This document shows positions 12,501-23,500 of a DNA stretch of 64,000 nt, piece after piece (within the stretch, counting starts at the first letter, position 1; every line of letters begins with the position of its first letter). The notes below the pieces were generated by a model. That model made no database searches. It was not told where the DNA came from and saw only the letters and a list, made by a program, of their open reading frames with translations. The translations under genes were made by a program, and so were the position numbers. Source of the DNA: Podarcis gaigeae (Eukaryota); assembly GCA_964106915.2 (NCBI GenBank), contig OZ066926.1; one strand, written 5' to 3'.

Positions 12501-14523
12501 CTTCTTCATCCACATGATCTTGCCTGTGTATTGAGATCAAGTAGGTTGGGCAGGCACACAATAGCATTTTCAGTGGCTGCACCTCTATGCATTTTTACCC
12601 ACTAAGATAGGTATTAACGTTTTTATGCAGGATTTTTAAAAACTATCTATACCACCTTGATTTTTTCCTGTTGGTGGTATTACAGTGCTGAAATTGAAAT
12701 TATTTTGAATCATGTATACTATTACCTGGAGCTCCTTAAATAGTTGTTTTTATTTTATCTATTTTTATTATTGTTTACCATTGTAAGCAGCCTTGTGAGG
12801 GTGTCTACCCTGAGATATGGCCTAAAAATACTTAAGGAAATAGTTATAGCCTTAGGAGGGAGTGGGTTTGGACCAGAACCAACACCTGATTCGAGGGACA
12901 CCTGGCAGTTAGCTTTCACAGCCAAATTATCTGTCCACTTAGATCAATGAACACCACACCCCCTATTAGAGTATATAATTGAAGATAAACTTCCCTGAGG
13001 GTAGCAAACCAAGCACAACAGAGAACAATTCAGAGCTCAGGAGCACCACCAAGGGGGAAAAACTGATCGTTCCCCACCCCCTCATCATTCATACCATCTG
13101 AAGGTCATCGATCCTGGTGTTGACTCCAGCAGCCATTTCCTTCCTTTCCTGTGGGGTTTCTGGACAGGGGTAGAGAGAAGCCCGGAATCTGAAAGGCACA
13201 CAGTCTGCTCAGTGACAAAGTGACCACACAGCTAATATGATGGAGTGCTCACCACTTGAAAGCCAGTTCTCCATGAATTTGGAATGAGCTGCTTGAACTC
13301 CAAGAACCTCCCGTATTTCCAACTTGCTTACCCTTCACAGATCTTCTTGACTCGGTTTTTCAGCTGGTCACCTTGGAAGAAAATAATGAACACCGACTTG
13401 TGCACATAGTCCCCCTAGAAGAGAGGGGGGGAAACCAACGCAGGGAGAAGCCATTAAACAGTGGAATAAGCTTCTGGGGTTAGGCTAATATGGAGCCATT
13501 TCCTGGGTCTCAACTACACACACACACCCAGCAGCCTGCCAACATCTGTAGCATTAGGGAGCCTTTCAAAATGTATCCAGTTCCACCTCAGACCCTGCAA
13601 GGTCCCATACATGTTCCAGGGAGAGGCTATCGAGTAAACTCATTGTGCTTTTGCAGAATAATTGAGGGGGGCAGGGGAGGAGGAGAAGCAGAGATTAATA
13701 ACCCTATCTAATTAAGTTTGGCTGGTATAAAGAGGAATTGCAATGTAACCAGAGAATCCAGGCAAATAAGCCTAGCAGCTGAACAAGGACGTGATCTGCA
13801 GTAAACAAGCAGAAGGAAAAGGAGTGAATGGAAAGGAACTGATGTATGCGGTGGACTTTAGAGTCCAAACTCTTGAACTCTCCGGGGAGGCCAGCAGTGC
13901 ATTCTTCAGGCAGCTGGCTGGGCTCAGATAGCGACTTCCCCCCTTCCTGCATTTGTTCAAGAACAAGACACCGGGCTACCTCCATTAGGAAACTTTTGTG
14001 CAGCCTTGATGAGAATAGGGGCATTGGGTGGGTGCAACCTTGTTGTCCGTTACACTTTCCTCTGCTAAGGATGAAGGCAGATGATTGCTATGATTCCGAC
14101 TGCCTTCTCTAAGACAAAGACATTCTGAATCCTAAGCTGGGACTGTGCTATAAAAATATATATCCCACCCCACAAACAGCTGATTTCTGCAGCATATACA
14201 GACATGCAAATGAAGGAAAAATGAAAAGATTTGCTTATCTTGGACATTAGTAGACAGGTGGTAGGAACAAAATAAACCTTGATTAGGGGCTTCAAACTGT
14301 GTTGTGGAGGGAAGAGAGACCTCTTTTCTGCCTCTCACGCACCCATCTGAACTTTTCACAAATCCTAATTTCACCTTCATTGTAACTGGTGTTTGGTTTC
14401 TCAAACAAGACACCCAAGAGTCAAGCCTGCCTGGAAGAATTTCCCAAGACTTAGGGTAACCCCCTGAGCCCAAATTCTAGAGTAGCTGGCATTATTCAAG
14501 CTCCATACAACTTACTACCTCGT

Positions 14524-14574
<51 letters not shown>

Positions 14575-17500
14575 TTTTTATTTCTACCCCCCCATCTGGC
14601 TGGGTACCATTATTTGTCCTCACTACTAACCCTGTTGATACTGTTAGTTGTTTAAGTTAACAAAAACAGATCCATCTGTGTCATTTAACAGTGTGTTTCA
14701 GGATCCGTTTTGTTTACATTTTAAAACATGTGACAAATTTAATTATTATAGCACACCGACATAGCAAACATGTACTTAAATCAAGTCTATCCAATATTTA
14801 GAGAGCATTTGGTTTTTGAGCTCATTCATCTAGCTTAATGTTCTTCTTTAGTGGACTAAAACCATACATAGTCAAAACTTCAACTGAGAATATCTTTTTA
14901 AGGATATTGACATAAAACTCTTTTGAGGATGTATTTGAGGGTACTGAGATAAAAGGTAACTTCTATAAGTGAATTGTTAAGCTGTCAAAAGAAAAGACCA
15001 CTTTTAAAATTTCACGATCCTACACCTCCACATAATGAGGGCATTATCAAATGGCTTCAAAGCAAGTAGGAAGTTGTATTTCAGATCCAATTAAAATATG
15101 ATTTCCCCCTGATCCACAACAGAAGTCAAGCTTTTGTTAAGAAGAACACACTGTAAGAAGTTAGGCTGCAAGCTTTCATCTCGACAACCCACAGCAGCCT
15201 GCGGCTGCAAAAGCAGTCCTTATACCGTCACAGGGTCCTCCAGCGGATTTTCAATTTCAGCCTGACGCAAGAAGACATTTCCACGACACACCCTCCACAG
15301 CATCCGCTCAAAGGTAGGGATCCGCTCACGATTGATCACACCAGCCACAAATCTGAACACAATGGAAGTCACACAAAAATAAAAGAAATTAGTACACATT
15401 CAGCAATGTTCTGTTCAGTGCAGGGCCTGGAAGACACACAGACAGACACTGTAAAGGCAAGCAGAAAGCAAGAGAGGGACCCAACATGAACGGTTTCGTG
15501 AATGTGAAAGGGAAACAAGCCACTGTCTATGCAATTTTAGTAAAAAAAAGAAGGAGGTAGGATTCAAACTCTGTTTCTTCCAGCATTAAGAACTACCTGA
15601 CTTTTAGAAAACATCTGAAGGCAGCCCTGTTTAGGAAAGTTTTTAATGTTTGATTCTATTTTTAATATTCTGTTGGGAGCATTATTATTATTATGATTAT
15701 GAAGCCACTTTTGCTCTTTTGTGCTGTGCCTATAGAAAGGCTTGACACACTGTGGCTAAGGAAGCAGAACTATGGTTTGGCATGACATATAAACTGGCAA
15801 CCCTTGTTTCATAATTGACCAGCAAAACAGGATGGGGAACTGTGCTTTGAGGTGGATTTGTGAATCATGATATGCGATGTGGTGTCTGAATTGACCAGCT
15901 ATAGGTTACAGTCTACTCCCAAAGACTGCTACACCAAGGAGAGAGGCATAATCTTATGGCACTGAGTATTGAGACAAAGGAAAAACAAAAGCAGCCAAGC
16001 ACTCTACACACCCCATAGTATACCTGCTGTATGTTCGGAACCTCAAACCATTATGGGTTCTAGATAGTTAGTTCAAAGCGTGATTGGCATTAAAATCTGA
16101 GATGAGGCAAAAATTAGCAAATGTTATAGAAATAAGACCTAAAGAAGTTACATTCTCAAAGAGGTGGAAATTTGCTGCAGGACACCATTTGTTAAAATGG
16201 TCCATTTAACAATGATTAAGCAATTATATAAAAAAACTAAGATGCACCACAGAAAATAAAACAAGTGAGTATCAAGTACAATACTACATGAAATCAAACA
16301 TGAGAATGGAAGCTGAACAAAATTCATGCAGACAGAAAAACACATAGGATTGTCATTTTGCCTGAATTTTGCATGCTAAGAGAAGGACAAATTTAGTAGA
16401 TCTTTAACTGGAAATCATTACTTCCATGTCAGCCTTTCAGAATCTGAACAAAATCCACTATTGTGTAAATCTAGAACTCTGTTTATCAATTGTTAGTGCA
16501 CATAAAAGGCATCCATAGCTGCTGTCAAGGCTATCCAAATATCAAAGCAGCACTACAAGGAGATAGAGTGAAGAGTGAAAACTGATAAGCTACAGAAATT
16601 CTATATTATCTGCACAGCCTGGGGCCTATATTTATTTGGTTCTTTACATTTCCAAAAACATAAAAGTGGAACTGCTGTCAGTTAACTGCTTTTCTGTCAA
16701 CAATCTGGCACGAGATGCATCCTGTTCAATCAGATCTAATACTGAGCAACTTAATTCAGATTCAGCTAAATAATATGAACACCAAGAAATAGCTTGCTCT
16801 CCTCCAAGGAATCAAGAATAGTACGGAAGAATGCAAACCCAAGTCCTACGGCCTTAACCAATCATGACTGATGCGCAGAAGAGATCCTACAGAACACAAC
16901 CGACGCTGCTGAAAAGTGAAAGTTGCACGTACCCTAACCGTAGCGGGGTTCCTCTTCCCAGTTCACTCGGCTCCAGCAGAGACGAAGACTCCTCCAACAG
17001 GTCGGGATCCGCCATCTGCTGATGATGCAATTCAGCCTGAATTCACAAATCAATTAACATCTAATGAAACTAGTTAGTGGCATGCAGGGGGATGAGGAAC
17101 CAGGAGATGGATGGAGAGAAGCAAAGAAATACCAAAGGAGGAAAAAATGAAAGAAGAGAAGGGTCTAGGAGGATGTGAAGAAAAGGTGAGCAAGGCATCT
17201 CCACAAAGCCAACAGAGGGAGAGCGACGTGATGCTTGCGAAACACAGACCTTCCAAGCTGGGCATAAAAACTGCAAGTTAAGCTCCAAAGAAATATGGTG
17301 GGAAACGGGCAATCTCTCATTCATGCCTCTGCAGACTTTTGAAAAGGGAGTCTCCCCTTCCCCCCTTTAAATGCCACCATGCAACTATGCAGCTGCTCTG
17401 TACTCTAGTGCATGCTATCAGCCTCAGCAAAGATGCTCCAGACTCTATAAAGAGAGGGAAACATGTACATAGAAGTTGGAAGAAAGGCAAGAGGTTGTCT

Positions 17501-20488
17501 GGCCAAGAACTGGATGATATATACCAGCTTCCTCAAACTTGGATCTCCAGCTCTTGTTGGACTACAATTCCCATCACCCTACCTAGCTGGACCAGTGGTT
17601 GAGGATAATGGGAACTGTAGTCCAACTGGAGACTCAAGTTTGGGAAACACTGCTATATACACTGGGCTATGTATACTATGAACCTTAGGGAGAAGATAAC
17701 AAAATATTAAAATTCTGCCATAAAGCAAACCATGTTCTACACTAAACAAAGTTAAGTGTCAGTGGGTTATGATTAAGCAAACTAAAGCGCCTACCTACTT
17801 ATACTGTAATTTATTCTGCTTCTGTTACTAATGGGGAATAGCAAGAGTTATGTAGGGCACTGAAGCTCAGTCCTGGAAAGCCTCCCAGGCCCTATTCCAT
17901 TTTCTGTGATTTCAGCAGGCATTTCCTATGTATTTTTCCTGCCTAGTTTCATGACCAGAGGGGTCTAAACCTTTGCTTTATTTATTTACTTACTTATTTA
18001 ATAAAATGTATATACTGCTTGATTGGAAAAAGAAACCTCAAAGCAGTTTATGAAAGATGAAACAGTAAAGTCAAGAAAAATTTAAACCCTACTTTAAAAC
18101 ATACAAAAGTTTAAATACTAAAAAAGATTTAAGATCGCTTTAAGAAATATGTGGATTTTAGGGTGCTTATACCCAACACCAGGGCCTAAAAATTTGAACC
18201 GGAATTCTGCAAGCTGAATCAGAACTTAGGCAAATCATCGTAATATCCTATTATGAATGATTTATTATGAAATGTGATTGCTCTGTCCAATTTATTCTGC
18301 TTTTGCTAGCTGTACGTGGCAAAGAACATGGAGGACCCAGCTACAAATAATAGAAATCTCATTAGCAATCCTCACTGGCTTCCGAGATTTCAGCAGGGTT
18401 CGCCCACACACTTCCAAGAATACTCTGCCATAATGGCTAGAAAAGGGCTTTTATTATTTCTTTTATTTCAATATGATCAAGAAGCCAGGTTCTAAAGTTA
18501 CAGCATAATCTTGTCTTATACCAAGTTCTGTGCTTGTACAGAATATACACAGCCCCAATTTATTTGACCAGATTGACCTTGCAAAAAGATCTGAAGAGGA
18601 ACAAGATAATTTTATATCCTCCAAATGAAAAATAACTTGCTACTTCTGCACCTTGGGTGAACCCCACAAAAGGGAATTTTGACACCCTTTTCCCCCAGCA
18701 CGCTTTATTTCAAACAAAGCATGCATGACTTAGAACATTTGTACACATTTGTTTATTATTTAATTTCTTTTATGAATTGTTTCCCCTAAAACATCTTTTT
18801 AGCTCTTCATCTTTTCAGCTGGAATTCACGACTTAATCATTTCCCCCTGTAACCTGCTGGCTAAGACTTAAAATGGAAACTTAACTTGCGCAAGCACTCA
18901 TGATATAGCTCAGGAAGGATGTTGATGCTACACCTTCAGAGGCAGCATTAACATGACAAAACAGTCAAAATCATTTCTACCTTGACACAGCCCATATGGT
19001 AAAGAAAACACTTGGAGAAAAGAAGCAGATGTAGCTTTAAAATAAGACATCACCTTCCAACACGCATGCAAGGGGCTCCTGCAAATGAAAGGCATGAGAA
19101 TCCGAAGACACACATATCAGACCAAGCAACTGGCCATGAGTACAGACCACAGTCCAGCAGCACAGGCAGACTGATTTGCTATTCAGAACACAAAGGGGCT
19201 CCTAAAATCTCCCTGAAATTGTAAAAAGCACAAGCTTTCGGCAACAGGGTAATAAGGTGGGAGTGTGCTGAAATATGCTCCCCTGGTCTTCCAATTCCTT
19301 CTCCAATCTATAGCAGGAATGTTGAACTTGTGACCTCTCCTGTTGATATTGGATGATAACTCTCATCATCCATGCCCACTGACCATGCTGACTTGGGCTG
19401 ATGAGAGTCCAACAGCATCTGAAGGGCCACAGGTTCCCCATCCAATCCACAGTTACAATACTTCAAGGAGGAGAGGACAGAGAGTGAAGAAAGAGCAGTG
19501 AGTGGAGGGACCCCCTGTTCCCCATCCTTTGGACCTCCTGGGAAACTCAACAAACTTGCTGTACCTGGAACTGGGTGTGGAGAGGACAGCTGAATGGGTC
19601 ACAGCTGTGGGCAGCCTGAGGAAGTACTATCCACCTTGGCTCTGCCCATTAAGAGTCTAGAGTGAGAGACTAGGGTGATATCTTCCCCTATCTATTTCAT
19701 TCTGCATGTAGCAAAACAGATGTGTAGGTAAGTCCCATGTAAGAAATGCATAGGCAGGATACTGGCAGAAACAGTATCAGGCGAACTAGCCTTAATTCTT
19801 CCATTTTCAACTCTCCTATTCATGATACCGTTTCACAAAAGATAATTTGCTTTCAAGGCCTCTTTGCTTCCACCTAAATCTCCCCTCGTTGTGCCTACCA
19901 CCATGCTGAAGTCCCCTGCCTGACTGTTCAAGGAATGCAACAAAGAAAGCAGGAAATAAAATGCCAGCATACTCTATAAAACACAGCTCCTCCAACATAC
20001 GTACATGGAGAACACAAATGGCTGGGTTTTTTTTTTAAAGTGAAAGATCTTGAACTGCATTTGCAAGTACAAAAATGTTTATTTCTATTGTACAAGTCCT
20101 CAAATTATGTTACAGGGAGCCTGCAAGGGGCAGGGAGGTAGAGACTTGCTTCAAACCTTGTGCCACTTCCGCCATCAATTTGATGACAATGTCTTAGCTT
20201 TTGTTTGTTGTTTGGGAGGGCCAAGCTCAGACCCAGTGGATTGAATTGTATCAGCATCTCTTATACCAACAAGCAGCAACCATCCCACAACTTGAAGAAG
20301 AAATGCACTATCAGAAAGCTTTCCTACAAGAGCATCCTTTTTATGGCATTTTATGTTTTATTGTACTTGCGTATTACTTTTACACCACCTTAGTATTTTT
20401 TAAAAAATATGAGAGGCACTCTATAAATACTTTAGCTGTTGTCCAGGGTGTGCAGCTCAAGGTCTTTCTGCAATGGATATACAAAACA

Positions 20489-20524
<36 letters not shown>

Positions 20525-23500
20525 GCCCTTGAGCAAATGACAAGAGTAAACACAGATACAGTTTTCACAGTCCGCAACAACTGCAGCAGGGACCACCAAA
20601 AGGAGGAACAGATGACAGATGGAGAATGAGAACTAAGGGTTGAAGATGATGACAGAAAAGAAAGAAACCAGAGGAAAGAGATGGAAACTGCATGCCATTA
20701 ACCATTACTTTTCCAGTCTTCTTGCAGTCTACTCTGGGGCACTTATGGTTAATAGATCCAGAGATATTTCTCCAGTTCTTACTGTTCTTCACAAAGCAAA
20801 AATATGAAGACCGAGAAAAGAATCACCATTTTAGCAGAATCAAAACCATTGCGTCCTTTTTCATAGGCAAGAAATGGCTTCGCTGGCATTGTGGTCCCAT
20901 TCGTTAATTGTCGGGCCCCATCTTCCCTCCTGCAGCTCCCACAGCTGAATTCAGGGTCCACAGATCCAAGACTTGCCTCGCAAACCATTTCTTGCTGTCA
21001 AGTTATGAATATTTCACAAACTCCCCCAAAGTTTTACAAAGTCTTCAAATGTTGAACTGCAGCAGCAAGTTTCTCAGTGGTTTAGAAAAAAAGATGATGA
21101 TTGAGCAACAGCTCTGTTGTGCCACCTTAAAAACCGCTGCCTAAATTTGAATCACTGACAGGACCATCATCTATTTATGTGAAGCTCTTTCAAAGAACAA
21201 ACATGAAGCAACTCATGACTCTGAGGAAACTACATTTCAGTGGAAAGTTACACAGTACATACTATTCACCATGGCCTGCTTAGTCTAAACAGTTGCTCAG
21301 ATGGGTCCCCAATCCTAAAAACATTAAAAAGAGACTTTGTAGAGGCAACTGCACCATTCAGCAAGCACTACCATTCATTATACCCTGTTTAGATTTTGAA
21401 GCTGAAAAGCTGTGAAGGCCTAGCTCTCTTAAGCAGCAGAAGACGTGGCCAAACCTGTGTCTGGAATGTACCACTTCAGACCACAGGTGGAGTTCCAGTA
21501 TCCTGTATGCAGAAAACAAGCATGCTGCTTAGAAGGGATTGTTTTTTTATATGAAGAAGCACACCATCATGTGATCCTGCTGTAAATGTTCACATTTACA
21601 CTATGTATTTAGTACAAGTAAGCACTTGGAAGAACTGCAACTCCAGCAATGCCCAAGTGGGAAAACTTGGAAAAAACATTTGCTGGACAATGCACTGCAA
21701 AAAAAGCTCAGCTGTGGTAAAGGGCAAAAATCAAAATCATCACATAACTTACCTAAACTCAATGTCAGGTAGCTGGTGTTGTGCAGTCCAATATAAGGTT
21801 GCTCTTCAGCAGGTATGATACTTAAGTTGGCCATCAAATAACACACAAAGCTCAACATTTACACACATAGATGCAGGTTGCTGTGCCAAAGTAAAATTAA
21901 CCAGCACTTGTTGCACCAAGATTGGATGCTTCCCCAAACACTACATGTTCAAGTGTTTTTCCACAACTGTGAAGGGTCAGGAACTTCATTTTTATTTCAA
22001 AGGCGGAAGTTGAGCATATATCCACTTAATCCTAGCTGTCACATTTCTAAGTGCTCCAGCTGCTTCAAGTATTTCTTGAGAACCATTTGAGCATTGCACC
22101 TCAGACGGAACAAGCTGTCCATGCAGCCCCCCTGCCTTAGTGCTAGGTGGATGGTTAACAGCAAAGGATCATATCAGAAACGTTAGAAAGGCCCTATCAC
22201 CGTGGTCAGCAATTAATTTTTACCAGAGGCCACATTTGTAATTAAGCTAGGTTATGGCCATCAATGCTCCTGAGAAAAAAGCAAATTTTTGCTTATATAT
22301 TTGCTTATCCTGTGCAATTTACTCTCAACATTCTGAGATTTCACCAGACACTGCCTTCAATCCTACCTTGGCACCCTTAACAGGCAGACACTCAGTTTAA
22401 AATATACACAAGCCAAGAATCTCAGGATGCTGAATGTCACATTCAATACCAAATTCCACACTTAGATGGCAGCTGCAAAACCCAAAGCACAACTCGTGTG
22501 TGTGTGTGTGTGTGTGTGTGTCCAGGAGGCACCACCCCAACCGACGACAGCTTACAAACTGTTTTTCAACATTTGAAGACAAGGAGCATAGACCCATTAT
22601 TGATCATATTCCCCAAGCACCCACATTATCATCCACAAAGCAAGAGCAGAGGCAGCAAAAAACTTGTCGTTTTTCAAAGAAGGAAAGCAAGATCCCATTT
22701 TCTTTACCTAACAAATCCATTTTTCTCTGAGTGTTGAATTAGAGGGAGGGTAGCACTACTGGACCACAGGTTTCAGGCCTTTACCAGGGCTCCAACTATC
22801 CAAGTTGAACATGACATATCATGGTTGCAAAAAGCCTCTTAATGGAGTCCATAACTCTACAGTCTTGGGAACATAAATCTAAACGTGTTCAGTGCCATCA
22901 TATCACCACCTGGAAGAACAGACTTTTCTAAAGCATTTGTTTGGATTTGCTAGTGACATTCATTTAATGATGTGTCAAAAATAGTTGCTGATCCAGATTT
23001 TTTAACTTCTGCCACTTTCTCTAACTACCCTTCCTAAATGACTAACAGGACTAGAAAAATCCTAGCCAACTGGCTGTCCAGATGCCTAGAAATCTGAAGG
23101 GCATGAGCAGCAAGTCTGAAACACATCAGGGACTCCCAGCCTGACACCAAGGTAAGGCTCAGATTGTGCAAAGCTCTTGTTGACCTGTTCTAACATTGTG
23201 CTATTCAAAAGAGGGAGACAGATCACTCTGCATCCATACTTTTCTTGCTTGTCTAGCTAGCAGAAATGAGGCTGGAAATATCCTAGCATTCAGTTTTCCT
23301 TATTACTGAAACTTTGATCCTAGCAACTGGAAATCTGGATAGGTGCTCTGCTTTCCAAGCCCTTTTACATCATGCCCCCAGGAATCTTTCGGGGGCTCTA
23401 CATGATCAAAGGTTTATACACCCTTCTGACAAGTGTCAGAGGAATATTTTACCTAGACATGAACACTTAGCAATTGCACATAATGTAAGCCATGGGGTGG

